From the human T2T-CHM13v2.0 reference genome, Homo sapiens, in NCBI RefSeq assembly GCF_009914755.1, contig NC_060931.1: a DNA stretch of 64,000 nt. One strand, given 5' to 3'. Positions 37,036 to 51,200 of the stretch are shown in pieces (within the stretch, counting starts at the first letter, position 1; each line of letters begins with the position of its first letter). The position numbers and the translations under genes are program-made. Below the pieces are notes generated by a model, which was given only the letters and a program-made list of their open reading frames with translations, ran no database searches and was not told the DNA's origin.

Positions 37036-39549
37036 GCCAGACTTTAGAGTCAGATTACACTTGGCTGGTTAACTGTTGTGAGGAAAGCAGTTGAAAGTTC
37101 TCTTGGCCTTGCTTCTACTTGCACTGGGAAGCACTGTCATCAATGAAGGGGTTGCTGTGGGTTTCAAGAGAAAAGAAAAGGTGTGAGAATCTCCCAGGTA
37201 CAGTGGGAGCTCATCTGGACTAGGGAAATAAAATAGGATTGCTTGGTTATTGCTCACTTGGTCACTAATATAACATGAATTGAGACAGTATGGTTGTATA
37301 TTTTTCTCCAATTAAGGTTATGGGGTGGCATGGCCTAGGGGAAGTTACTTATTTTGCAAGGGTGATTTGATAGAGGCAGCAAGCCAGGTAGCTGGGATGT
37401 TTGCAAGGGCATGATCATAATGGTGTACCATGCAATTTAAGCAGGGGCAGGTGGAAATAAGGACTTGATGTGATATGTTCAGATCCATGAATAAGACATC
37501 ATAACAGGAGTCACAGTATTGTCAGACTAGAAGTACTGGAGGAAGGGAGCTGGACATTTGAAAGAGATGGGAGGGTGGAATGTTTGAGATTGAGTGAATG
37601 GAGGTGCTGTGTTCATTTGGTCATGCTAAGGTCTTGGGGTGGCCATGGGAGGGGTGGGTGGCTGAGGTGGGGCAGAGGACAGACTCATCTGGAGATGATG
37701 CAATAAATGAAGGGGAAAGCTAGGCCCTGCAAGGAGCTCTCTTGTGTGTATTAAAATCATCAAAAACTGTGGCAGGAGTGATTGCAGAGATCCTAGTGAC
37801 CCATGATCAAGGAATGAAGAGGAAGACCAGCGGTCTAGAGATTACTGCACATGTGGGGTGGGAAGAGGGCGGTAACAGATGACAATCATTAATTTGATAA
37901 AAAAGTATTGAATGTCTGCTCTGTGCCAGGCACATGGTGGTAGGGTCTGATGGGAGGTTAAAGGGAAGAGAGGTGGATAATGTTCTGGAGATTTCAATGA
38001 GCAAGAAGGGTATTTAGCCCACATTGAGGCCCAACAGATTGAAGCCTTAAAAGAAAACAGCAACACCTGAGAAGGATGCCAGGAAATGAGTCCTAGGGGT
38101 ACATGTGGAGTCAGCTGGAGCACATCCAGGAAGAAGGACAGAAGAAAGACTGTGAAGGACTTGAGTCAGGGAGGGGTGTGAGCTGACTCAGAAAGGGTGA
38201 TGCATGGGTAGGCCATGGGGTGAGGGATGAACGGGAGTCTTGGATTTCCTGTGGTCACTCAGGGAAACCCAGCAGCTAAAAGTAAGTGATTTAAGCAAAT
38301 GAATGGACAGATGAATTAATGAATAGACTAAAGATGGACAAATGCTTCCACCAGCCTTGCTTCAGGCCCTATTTAGAACTGAAGTTGACTTCCTCTTTCT
38401 TTTAATAGCTGCAAAAATGATGAATTTGATTTTCGTCTCTAGAAGCAATTTCCTTTTTAAATCAGGTGAGGATCTTGGCAGATGCGAAGAATCTTTCAGA
38501 ACCTGCATGTATATGAGAAAGGGATATGACAGCATGAAGTTCTCCTGTTTGAAGAAGCTAAATGGAGCCACTTTTTGACTCAGTTGACTGGGACCTGGAG
38601 CTGGTGCACTATTTGAATTGCATGGTGTGCTTGCCGCTGCCTTTTGACTTCTCCAGCCTGTACACCTGCCTTTTTGGGGAGAACTGTGGTAACATATGGG
38701 GAGGCGTCCTGTATTTTCTGCAATATCTGACAAAGAAAAACTAGTTGGTTCATATGTATATATGATCTTTCAACAAGAACGTCAAATAAATATCTTCACT
38801 CCTTGGGGAGAAGCAGGTCAGAGCCCCACTGTCTCAGCTAGCTCTCACTTGGCTGTCTTGTTTTGGGGCTGGAAGGCCACACTGTGTTTCCTGGGGTAGA
38901 GGCGGAGTCTGGGCATTCTCCCTTTGTAGCTGAGAGCTAAGAGCAGTTGTGTCTGCTTTGATAAAATAAAGTTATTTTTTAGTTTAGTCTGATCTCCAAA
39001 TCCTTCCCTTTCAGATACCTCTGCCATCCAAGATCAGGGGATACTAAATTTTCAAAGCATTTTCTCAGGAGTTGCATGAGAAAACATACACCTGCTCTTG
39101 TTTTCAAGGGGTGTGGGCAAGAAGTAAAAAGGACAAACTGTTAATGAGAACACTTTCTGTATTCCTCCCTCCCCACTGATACATACCAGTACCATAAAAT
39201 TTAAAATGAGTCAAATGACTGCAGTAAGACTTTACTTTGGTATACGAGGCAAAATGTTGGACATGGGTGCTAATTAATCATCAGAGAGTTACAGGGGAAC
39301 CTGGACGAATTAAGACTGGGGCAAGAGACAGCTCATCAAGGATCTTGCCCTGTAGCTCAAGAAGAAAATGTTTAACTTAGTTGCCTGGACACTCTGAGGA
39401 TAGAATGAAATGCTGTATGCGACCTGTTGGCCTTGGAAGCCGGCATGGATTCAGCACCCAGGGTTGGGGTGAACCTTCTCTCCCTCACTGTGTCAGGCAT
39501 CTTAGTCTGCCCCAGGATGTGCAGGCTGCCTGTCCCTGGCCTCACATCC

Positions 39550-39906
39550 TGCTGTAAGTGGGATTGTGACCCCCTGAAATGCATATGTTGAAGCCCTAAC
39601 TGCCTCTGTGATGGTATTTGGAGGTGAAGCCTTTGGGAGATAATTAGGGTTAGATGAAGTCCTAAGGACCTCCATGATGGGATTAGTGTCCTTACAAGAA
39701 GAGGAAGAGACACCAGAGCTTCCCCTGTCTCACCTGTGAGGACAGAGGTAGCAGGTGGCTGTGTGCAAACCAGGAAAGGAGCCCCCACTAGGGAACCAGT
39801 TGGCTGGTTCCCTGATCTTGGACTTCCAGCCTCTGGAACAGTAAGGAACAAATGTTGGCTGTTTAGGGTGCCCAGGTAATTTGTTATGGGAGCCCAGGCT
39901 AAGATA
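39550..39906 (+). mobile_element. MLT1A/A0-like MaLR solo LTR
   Basis: atatgttgaagccctaac...gtgatggtatttggaggtgaagcctttgggagataattagggttagatga...gatcttggacttccagcctctggaac...ctaagata. Confidence 0.88.
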
Positions 39907-40246
39907 TGCACCTTCTCAGCACCTGTGTGTGACGGAACACAGGCTTTGGTGCCAAACATACCTGCATTCCATCACATACCTTGTTATGTGGCCTGTGGTC
40001 AGGCACTGCCCCAGGGACACCCCACGTGGATTAGAAAGTCCTTCTCATGCCACATGTACTCCCTGTGCCATGGGTGGTTCCCACTGTGGTCTCTAAGGCC
40101 ACCAGCCATTCAGATGCTTACACAGCAAGTGTGTGGGGCTGTGGTTGGGTTCCTCTCCTCTCAGTGGTCAGGGGCATGAAGAGCCGCCTCTCACCACCTT
40201 CCATTCTGCTATCACATGCCTTTTGTATTGAACTCTTGTAAGTCTG

Positions 40247-40616
40247 TGTTATGAGCCAAATCCTGTCACCCCAAATTTCATATATTGAACTCCTAACCCC
40301 CAGGAGCCCAGAATACACCTAGATTTACCAATTAAGGTAAAATGAGGTACTTAGGGTGGGTCCTGATCCAATATTACTGGTGTTCTATTAAGAAGAGGAA
40401 ATTAGGACTCACACGCACACAGAGAAATGACCACATGAGGACACAGGGAGAAGATGCCCCATCTACAAAACAGGGAGAGAGGCCTTAGGAGAAACCAGCC
40501 CTGAGAACACCTTGATCTCAGACTTCCAGTCTTCAGGATGGTGAGAGAATACATTTCTGTTGTTTGAGCTGCACAAGCTGTGGTGTTTGTTACAGCAGCC
40601 TGAGCAGACTGATACA
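40247..40616 (+). mobile_element. MLT1B-like MaLR solo LTR
   Basis: TG...CA ends (tgttatgag...actgataca), internal ttagggtgggtcctgatccaata...acaccttgatctcagacttccag. Probable 5-bp TSD gtctg/ggctg. Confidence 0.88.
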
Positions 40617-42464
40617 GGCTGTCACCACTCAGGGCCTTCAGCTGTACTTCTTGTCAGGATGCCATTTCCTTGGTCTCCATGGAGATAACTTCGATTCCTT
40701 TCTCAGGAATTCACTTGGGCATTCTTAAATGCTCCAGGAAGGCTTCTCTGCACCCCTCAGGCTGGGCTGTGCCTTCAGGGTGCCCCTGGCTCCCTGGGCA
40801 TGCTGTGTTTGCAGGGCTGATCCCAGTGTGCTGTATCCCACTGTGCTTCTAGGGTCCTTGTTTGACTGCAGATTTCTCTTGTGTCCAGTTGTTATCTTTG
40901 AATTGTGTCCTCAGTGCTCAGTACTGTGTTTGGGATATTGGCCATACTTAGTAAACGTATGTTGAATGAAGAAATAGATGAATCACAGTGGTAAACCAAG
41001 GTGAAAATCTGAATGATAAATTATCAGAGAAGCACAATAGACTACTATAGTCCAATGGAGCCATGCCATTGGTGCTTTCCTGGCCTTTTGGTTTGAATCA
41101 ACTAGTAATCATGTTGATGGTCTACTTCACTTTGTGGTTTTGACATGACTATCATGTCACTCAAAGATAAACAGATCCGCTCTTAGGGAAGAGTTACTTG
41201 AACTGAGGCCAGGAGAGATATATTCTCTTGTTTTTGATGTCACATTGACTATTTTTCAGAAAGCAAGGATAACAACACAGCCTCTTGAAACTGTTATTGA
41301 GGATTTTCAAGGGATTTGTAAATTATTTTTTTAACCAAATAGGGAAACAGCTTTTTTATATACTGCAAAATTGTGGAGATAAAAGTTTCCTTGCTTGTGT
41401 TTCCTTTTAAAATTATCAAGGCAGACCCAGCTTACAAAGGGAGAAATAGCATGGATGTAGAAAGAGGTGCGTGAGGTGGGCTTTTGTATCCTCTGCACCC
41501 TGCCTTTTACACAAGCCCCAGAGCCCCTTCTGCTCAATGAGGGACCCCTCGGGTGCCAGGCCTGGTTGGCCAGGCTGGGCTGCAGCCCCTTCATAAGCTT
41601 CTAGTATGACAGTGTTGTTAAACAGCTCTGTTTTTTAAGTTTTAGGTTCCACTTGGAGTTTGTACATAGAAGACATTTGGAAGAATAAAATCCATATAAA
41701 ACCATGTTTATCCAGCCTACTTATTCTTGTTATTCCTCATTCTTGGAACCTGTGTGGAAATCTTATAATAATTAATTGCTTAAGATTTTATTTCCTTGTC
41801 CTGTTGTTTTGGTGTTTACTGCCCGTTTCCCGGGATACTGACGAGGAAATGGAATGAAAGGCCCTTAACACGCTCTGGACATGGCCACCCTGAGTTGTAC
41901 TTGGCTATGGGAGCTCAAGTTCACAGCAAGAGAACAGAGGCCAGAATGGCCAGCTCAGTTTCTTGGCTGAATTATCATGTGAACTTTTCCCTCCCTATCA
42001 GTATTAAACCTTTTCCCAGCTCTACATGGGACATGCTTTGTCTCTGGGGTCAGTGGGGTTGTTGAAAATAAAGACTGTGATATTATGAGTGATGTGCTGC
42101 TGTGGGAGAGGATGGATCTCAGTAGCAAGAACTACCCCCCCCAGTGACACCTCATGTCATCATCCTGGACCGCTGGTGTAGAGTCATTGAATTTTGTGTG
42201 ATGTTAACATGGATGGCTCAGATCAGTAACACAGAGGCAAGGAAAGAGGTACCATGAATGGGAACAGTTCGGGGAAGCTTTATCAACCTCTCCAGACCTT
42301 ATTTCTCCATCTAAGTGAAGGAAGAGTGTGATGTGAAGATGTCATGTGTCAGGTGCCAGCTCTAGTGCCAGTCATGTGTCAGTGCCCAGCTGAGGCTCAC
42401 TCTTCCTCCCTTTTCTTGCTTCTCAGCTTCCAGCCTAGAATCCTTGTTCTGCATGCTGGGAGAG

Positions 42465-42690
42465 AGCACCAACTTTGGAGTCCCCCAGCCCTGAGTGTGA
42501 CTATGGGTTCTTGCTTTTCATGAGTGTTTTCGGGCAAATTTTTTCACATTTCTAGGCCTCAGTTTCTTCTTCTGTAAAAAAGGAAAAGCACTTATGTCAT
42601 TGTGTTGTTTTGAGGATAGAAAAATACTGTGAAGCATTTAGTATGTTTCGAGCACATTGTATGCACTCAATTCATGGTCACTATTATTTT
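42465..42690 (+). mobile_element. MIR SINE
   Basis: ctttggagtc...gggcaaattttttcacatttctaggcctcagtttcttcttctgtaaaa...gttgttttgaggat...tgtgaagcatttag...gcactcaattcatggtcactattatt. Confidence 0.8.
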
Positions 42691-43024
42691 ATTTACAAAT
42701 ATAATATAAATATAAATATAATAAAATGCTTCCCAACTAGTCCGCAAAAGAAGACTGCCTGAAACGTATTGATATTTTTCTTTTTGATTTCTGGAGCTGT
42801 CATATGCCAAATGCTCTTGGGATGCAGAATTCTATTTTTCTGGAAATGAAGTCATGGGTCGAATGATTGGCAAAGAAAGTCATATTACATTTTGTTTTTT
42901 ATTCTCACAAAGTATGAAGTGGATCATTGGCAACCTTAATTTAAAATAGTGCTAAATAGAAAGTATATGTAACAGTACTTATTTATTCTGGAACTTTAAA
43001 ACTATAGTGAAAAATTTTCTAGAC

Positions 43025-43185
43025 CAGGAGTCAGCACACTTTTTCTGAAAAGGACCAGATGGTATATATTTTAAGCTTTGCAGGCCTTCCTGTCTCTGTC
43101 ACAACTACTCAACTCTGCTGTTTAGTGCAAAAGCAGCTGTGAACAATATAGAAATGATGAGTGTAGCTACGTACCAGTAAAGCTT
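43025..43185 (+). mobile_element. MER58A-like hAT-Charlie DNA transposon fragment
   Basis: caggagtcagcacactttttctgaaaaggaccagatggtatatattttaagctttgcaggcc...tctctgtcacaactactcaactctgc matches the recalled MER58A 5' part. Confidence 0.8.
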
Positions 43186-43576
43186 GAGTGGTGTGACATT
43201 GACTTGTCAGATTCCCCCTCTATATCTTGCTTTCCTCATTACAAAAGGAGCGTCAGTCTGAGGATGCTAAACAATGTACTTAAATGTACCTAGCACAGTG
43301 TCAGGCATGAACTAATGGAGCTCACTCTGGCCTTTTATGCCATGGGTCCACAGTCCATGTGCTGTTCATGGTTAATTTAATTTTGGAGTGGTGAAGGAAT
43401 TTCGTGATCTATCTATTTGTAGCAACTGGGGTGCTGTGTTGAGAACGATTCTGGGACTGTCTGGGCTTGGCTGAAAAGTATGCGGTGACGTCCATTCCTA
43501 GACTAGGCAGTGTTTCTTCTTTTCTTGTTATGTTCCCTGTATTTCAGCCATTTTTTTCTTCTGGGTTCTTCAGTCT

Positions 43577-43578
<2 letters not shown>

Positions 43579-43614
<36 letters not shown>
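43579..43614. repeat. Poly(T)36 run
   Basis: 36 consecutive T. Confidence 0.95.
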
Positions 43615-43616
<2 letters not shown>

Positions 43617-43772
43617 AATCTCATATCACCCCTTACCTTCACTCACAGTGGGAAGTGGGTATGTCTATAGTTCTGGGTTGGAGAGGAGTTGTTGACATGA
43701 CTATTTCTTTAAAATTTTCTATGGTTTAAACTCTAATTTTAATCTGATGATTAAGCAAAATGTACATTTTAA

Positions 43773-44245
<473 letters not shown>

Positions 44246-44589
44246 TCTACATGTATGTTTTATGTGTGAGATGTTGTCAGTCTTAATTTAGGAAAAATCC
44301 TTTTTAATTTTCTAAGGTTTATTTTTTCTTTTTTTATACCCCAGGATTGTCATATAAATCTGTCTTCTGCAGTGGAATGCAGAAGAGGAGATTACAGCTC
44401 TGAAGCATCATTGTCCACACCTTTCTCTTGCTGCCCTCCCAGCTGGAGGTGGACACCACCCCTGCAGCGCAGAGCAGGGAGGCTGGCCCAGTACTGCAGG
44501 GGCTTCATGTGCAGGCTGATTCCTTTCCTGTGTTTGCAAAGTTGGAGGCAGTCCACAAGGCAGCTTTCTGCACCATCTGCAGAATTTAT

Positions 44590-45015
44590 AGGTTCTTAAG
44601 GTCACCCTCAGGTTTGATAATTTGCTAGGTGAGTTCTTACAGAACTCACTGAAAACTGTTATACTCATGGTTATGGTTTATTTGAGTGAAAGTATACAGA
44701 TTACCATCGGCCAAAGGGGAGATGCAGAGCGGAGTTGAGAGCTTTCCAGACGTGGAGCTTCTAGTTGTCCTTATGGTGGAGTATGGACAATGTCAGCTTC
44801 TGCTGGGAATGGTATGTTACAATGCTTGTGGGGTATTGACAACCAGGGACAGTCACCTGAGTCTTGCTGTCCCGGGTTCTGATTGGTGCTTGAGCAAAAA
44901 GACAGGGTTGACTGCCCAAGTCACTGACTTTTACTCTCCAGCCCCTCTGGAGGAAGAGTGAATACTGCATGGCCCAAAGCCCTCATCATAAATCACACTG
45001 CTATTAAACCGCCCA
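44590..45015 (-). mobile_element. MER21-like ERV LTR fragment
   Basis: caccctcaggtttgataatttgctag...acagaactcactgaaaactgttatactcatggttatggtttatt is the reverse complement of the MER21 poly(A)-signal region. Confidence 0.65.
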
Positions 45016-45279
45016 GTGGCCAAAGCCCCAGGCTCAGGTGAGCTTCTTGGTTGGAGATACTATGTTTATCTTAACACATGTCATCCCTTGAAGAAATTTA
45101 TGCTGTTTGTGAATCCACTGGACAATGACACCTGGAAGATCTGCATTTGGAATCCTCTGGGACTCTGCCCCATGTATCTCTTCCCTTGGCTGATTTTAGC
45201 CTATGTCCTTTCATTATAATATAACATTCCATAAATATGCTAGTTTTTAGAAGAATTCTGTGAATTCAGTGGAATTCTG

Positions 45280-48200
45280 TAGCTGGAGAAGGGAGTGAGG
45301 GTGGAGGTGTATGAGAAATACTTGTACAAAACATACCATGAGGCATAGGCCAACCAAAATACTGAGAAATAGTCAGGAGATGAGAAAATGCCCCTCCTCC
45401 TACACCTTATCACCATGCTAACAAGCCACCAGTAATAAGTGGATTACAGCTGAACAAGGTGTGAGATAAAGACTCTCTCTGAGAACGTTGTATAAAAGAG
45501 GGGTGAAAAAAAAGCAAAGAGGGGTGGAAAATTTTTAAAAGCAACAACAAAAGTACTTACTGGAGGCATTTGAAGTCTTTAGTGGCTACAGCTACAACAA
45601 GCATTAAACATATCTCAACTCCTAGACATATCAAGTTTAACATAAATCTTGATATATATTAAATAATGATTATTTAACATATGTTAAATGAAGATTTACC
45701 ATAAATCTTCATGTTAATGTCCTATTTATCTCAATAACTATTATCCTAGGCAACACGGCTGGCTTTCAACAAGAAATTACAAAGAATGACAAAGGCAAAG
45801 TAAACAAAAAAAGCTTCACAATCTGAAAAGGCAAAATAAAAAGAGAGGAATAATCAGAATCAGACTCTGATATGACACAATTGTAGGAATTATCAGATAG
45901 GAACTTTTAAATAACCATGTTAAGAGCTAAAATAATATAGTAGTAATAATAATAATAATATACAAGGCCAGGTAGACAATGTCAGAAGAGAAATTGAAAC
46001 TATAAAAATGTACCGAAAAGAGGTGCTAAAAATAATAATAATAATAAAACTGTAACAGAAAAGAAGGGTACCTTCAGTGGAGTCATCAGGAGACTCAATA
46101 TAGCTAAAGAATCATGGAACTTGAGTATAGGTCAACAGAAACATCTAAAACTCAGATGCAAAGAGAAAATTAGAAATAATAATAATACGGAATAAAATAT
46201 CCAAAAACCGTGGGGTAATATAAAAAATTACAACATATACACAGTACCAGAAAAAAAAGAAAAAGAGAATGGATGGATAGAAAATATTAAAAAATATAAT
46301 AGCCAAGCACTTTCTAAGTTTCACGTTTTATTGATTGAAACTACAATAACATACAGGTCCAAGAAGTTATACATATTATATTCAAATTGTAGAAAATGAG
46401 AAACAAAAAGAAAATTTTCAAAAAAACCAGGGAAAGAATATACATCACTTATAAAGGAACAAAGATAAGGATTACAGCAGATTTGTTATAAGAAACCATG
46501 CAAACAACAAGAAAATGAAATAAGTTCTTTAAAGAACCTGTTGAAAAAAAACTCAACCTAAAATTTTATAACCAGTGAAATTATAGCTGACCACTTCTTA
46601 AAAGTGGAGCAGAAATAAAGGCTTTCTGAGACTAACAAAAAAATGAGAGCATTCATTGTAAACTGATCTGCCTTGAAGGAAATTTTAGAATAAATTCTTC
46701 AGGCAGAAGGAAAATTATATAGGTCAGAAACTTAGATCTATATTAAAAAGGAAAGGCATCAGAAAAGAAAGAAATGATGATAAAATATACTAATTTCCCT
46801 TATTTTTAATTGATCTAAAAGATAACAGTCTCCTTAAAGCAACAATAGTAATAATATTGGAAGTTTATAGCATATGGATAAGTAATATGAATAACAGCAT
46901 TGTCAGAAGAATTGAAAGGGGGAATTTGGAAATATTCTGTTTAAGATATCTTCATTACCCATCAATATATATAAAGTATTATTTGAAGATAAATTTAGAT
47001 TATTTAAAAATGTGCATTATAAACCCTTGAGCAACCACTCAAGAAGTTAAAAAAAAGTACAAATTATATGCCCAGAGAAGAGATAAAATGGAATCAAATA
47101 AAATGCTTAGTTAAAACGAGAGAATGCAGAAAAGGGGAAAAAAGGGAGAAGCAAAGAATAAAGCAACAAATGGAAAATAGTTAGAAAGATAGTAGATTTT
47201 TGTTAATAATCAACTTAAAAATGGCCTAATTGTAACAATGAAAAGTTAGAGATTATCAGAGTAGATTAAAAAAAGAGACCCAATCATATGCTGCCTAACC
47301 ATTTTAAATATTAATATAAAGACTCAAGTAGGTTAAAAGCAGAGATGGAGAAACTTATGCCATGCTAACACTAATCAAAAGAATGCTGGAATAGCTATAT
47401 CTGTTTCACACAAAACAGACATTCGAACAAGGATGATTTATCAGTATAAGGAGGTATCTTGCATGATGATATAGAGACCAATTCTCTAGGAAGACATAAT
47501 TTCAAGTATGTATGCACCTAACAACAGAGCATCAAATAGATGAGGCAAAACCAAATAGAACTGAAATGAGAGGTAGGCAAATCTACTATTATAGTTTGAA
47601 ACTCCAATACCCCTCTATTAATAATAGATAGATAAGGTGAGGAGAAAATCAGTAAGGATACATATTACCTGATCTGCACCGTCAAGCAGACTGAGCTAAT
47701 TGGTATTTATATAGCACTTTATTCAACAAAAGCAGGCTACATATTCTTCTCAAGTACATATGGAACATTCACCAAGATAGCCCATATTCTCAGTGAAAAA
47801 AAACCACAACACTTAAATGGAGAGGATTAGGGAAATTATACAAAATGCATTCTCAAGACACAATGAAATTAAGAAATCAATAAATGAAAAATAGGAAAAT
47901 ATCAACATATGTGGAAATTTAATATGTTTTAAAAAAAACCGTTGGTTAAAGAAGTCTCAAATGAAATTTTAAAAATTAAACTGAATGAAAATTAAAACAA
48001 AACTTATAATTTATAGGATACAGCTAACACAGCACCTTAAGGAAATTTATAACATTGAATACATATATTAGAAAAGTAGAAATATCTACAAACCCATTAC
48101 CCAGGCATCAAGTCTTAGTAAGCTGGAGAAAAAAGAACAATTAAGTGTAAAGCAAACAGGGAAAACAACCAATAAAAATTATAGCAGAAATCAATGAACA

Positions 48201-51200
48201 GAAAAAATAGGGAAAATCAATGAAACAAAAATTTGGTTATTTGAAAAGTCCAGTGAAATTGGTAAACCTCTAGCCAGACTAACCTGTAAAAAGAAAATAA
48301 AGATATATATTTCTAATATCAAGAATGAAAGAGGGGTTATGACTACTGATTCATAGATATTGAAAGGATAATAAAGGAATACTACAAACAACTTTACACC
48401 TGTATATTTTATAACTGAAATGAAATAAGCCAATTCTTGGAAAAACACAAATCGCAAAAATCCAATTAAGGAGAAAGGGGTAACTTGACTGTCTCTATAT
48501 CTACTAAAGACGTTAAATTGTCAATTAAATTCTAAACAATTTGCCAGTGAAACCACCTGGCAAATTATATTAAATATTTGAAGACATAATACAAATTCTA
48601 CATAATATTGTCCAGAAATACAAAAGGAAGGAAACTTTTCAATTCATTTTATGAGACCAAGATTACCCTAATTACCAAAATCAGATAATATTACAAGAAA
48701 ATTGCAAATATATCTCATTAATATAGATGCAAAAATCCTTAGCAAAATGTTAGCAAATAAAATCCTGCAATAAAAAGGATAATACATTACAATCAACTGG
48801 AGTTCCTTTCAAGAATGAAAAGCTGGTTCAACATTCATAAATCAAAAAATTTTATTCATGATATTAAATTAAGAAAAACTGTAAGATCATATTTTGTGTA
48901 TATGTGTATTTAATTTTTCAAAAAAAAATTTTAAAATTACTACTAAGAGATCTGACTAGGAGGCTGGTATGATCCATGGAAAGGAAGGATGAACAGTGTG
49001 GTGTGGGGCCGCCCACCTGAGAGCCACATGGGGCAGGGGAGCCCCCTCCCCCCAGCCAAGGGAGGCGGTGAGTGAGGGTACCGTGCTTTTTCCATGGAAC
49101 TGTGCAACCAACAAGTTGCACAGTTGGAACTTTGCAAGTGGAAAATCCCACTTGCAAACCCACACCACCAGGGCCTAGCGTCCCAACCACAGAGCGGTGC
49201 AGATTCTCAACAGCCTGTCAGCTGGAATCTGCTTAAGCCTACTGAGGTCCTGGGGGGAGGGGCGACCAGCACTACAGCTGCAGCTGCTGTCTAAGCTGTT
49301 TTTTTAGCTCCTTGGGGGAGGGGCAGCAGCCAGCATTGGCACTCACAACTGCTTAACACGCTAAGCTCCGTGGGTGGGGGGAAGGGCGGCATTCATCTCC
49401 ATAGCTCCAGACTGTGCTTTTCCCCTGCTGGAGCCAGGGAGGGTGGACGGCTTGGTCCCAAGACATGTTCCCCACAGCCCAACACACCAGCTGTGGCAGA
49501 CTGCGGCCAGAGTGGCCAGAGTGCTTCTTCAGGCCTGACCTTGACCCATCCTTCCTCATTGGGTGGAGCTTCCCTTCAGGAACTCCAGTAACTCCAGCCA
49601 GAGGCTCAGGGACAGAACCTGGACCTCACTGAGCCTGAGCCCCTAGGGGGAGGGGTGGCCACAGTCTCTGCGGACCAGCCAACTTAGCCTTTCCTCCTGG
49701 TAGTTCTGAGGAATCTGGGCAGCCCAGATGAGTGGGTTTCCCCCAAGTGAAGCACACCCCCTCCACCAAGGGACAAAGTGCTTCATTAAACAGGTCCTGT
49801 TCCCTGAGCCACCCAATTGGGTGAGACCCTTCAACAGGGGTTGTCAGACCCTATATAGGAGCAATCCTACTGGCATCAGGTTGGTGCCCCTCAAGGTCAG
49901 AGATCCCAGAAGAAGGTGTAGGCACCCATCTTTGCTGTTCTCTAGCCTCCCTAAATGACATGTCCAGGTGCAGGAGCAGACCAGATGAATAGGGCCTGAC
50001 GTGAACCCCCAGCAAACCACAGCAGCCCTGCAGAAGAGGGACCTGACTATTGAAAAACAAAAACAAACAGCAACAGCAACAGCATCATCAACAACAAAAG
50101 CCCCCGCAAAAATCCCATCCAAGGGTCAGCAGCCTCAAAGAGTGAAACTAGACAAACTCGTGAAGATGAGAAAGGATCAACAAAAAAAACGCTGAAAACC
50201 CAAAAGGATACAGTGCCTCTTCTCCTCCAAATGATTGCAACGTTTCTCCAACAAGAGCGTAGAACTGGATGGAGGATGAGATGGACAAATTGACAGATGT
50301 GGGCTTCAAAAGATGGGTAATAAAAAACTACGCTGAGCTAAAGGAGCATATTTTAACCCAATGCAAAGAAACTAAGAACTTGATAAAAGGTTAGAGGAGC
50401 TGCTAACTAGAATAACCCATTTAGAAATGAACATAAATGACCTGATGGAACTGAAAAACACAGGATGAGAACTTCGTGAAGCATACACAAGTATCAACAA
50501 CCGAATTGACCAAGCAGAAGAAAGGATATCAGAGATTGAAGACCACTTTGCTGAAATAAGGCATGCAGACAAGACTAGAGGAAAAAGAATGAAAAGGAAT
50601 GAACAAAACCTTCAAGAAATATGGGACTTCATAAAAGGACCGAACCTACGATTGATTGGAGTACCTGAAGGAGACAGGGAGAATGGAAACAAGCTGGAAA
50701 ACACACTTCAGGATATTATCCAGGAGAACTTCCCCAACCTAGCAAGACAGGCCAACATGCAAATTCAGGAAATGCAGAGAATATCACTAAAAAACTCCGT
50801 GAGAAGATCAACCCCAAGACACATAATCATCAGATTCTCCAAGGTCAAAATGAAGGAAAAAAAATGTTAAGGGCAGCCAGAGAGAAAGGTCAGGTCACCT
50901 ACAAAGGGAAGCCCATCAGACTAACAGTGGACCTCTCAGCAGAAACTCTACAAGCTAGAAGAGATTGGGGATCAATATTCAATATTCTTAAAGAAAAGAA
51001 TTTTCAGCCCAGAATTTCCTATCCAGCCAAACTCAGCTTCACACGTGAAGGAGAAGTAAAATCCTTCCCAGACAAGCAAATGCTGCAGGATTTCATTACC
51101 ACCAGGCCTGCCTTGCAAGAGCTCCTGAAAGAAACACTAAATATGCAAAGGAAAAATTGGTACTAGCCACTGCAAAAACACACCAAAATCTGAAGACCAA

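Noticed and set aside
39372-39959. 195-aa ORF, the longest in the window
   Set aside because: Lies antisense across an MLT1A LTR, has a non-ATG start and no protein similarity.
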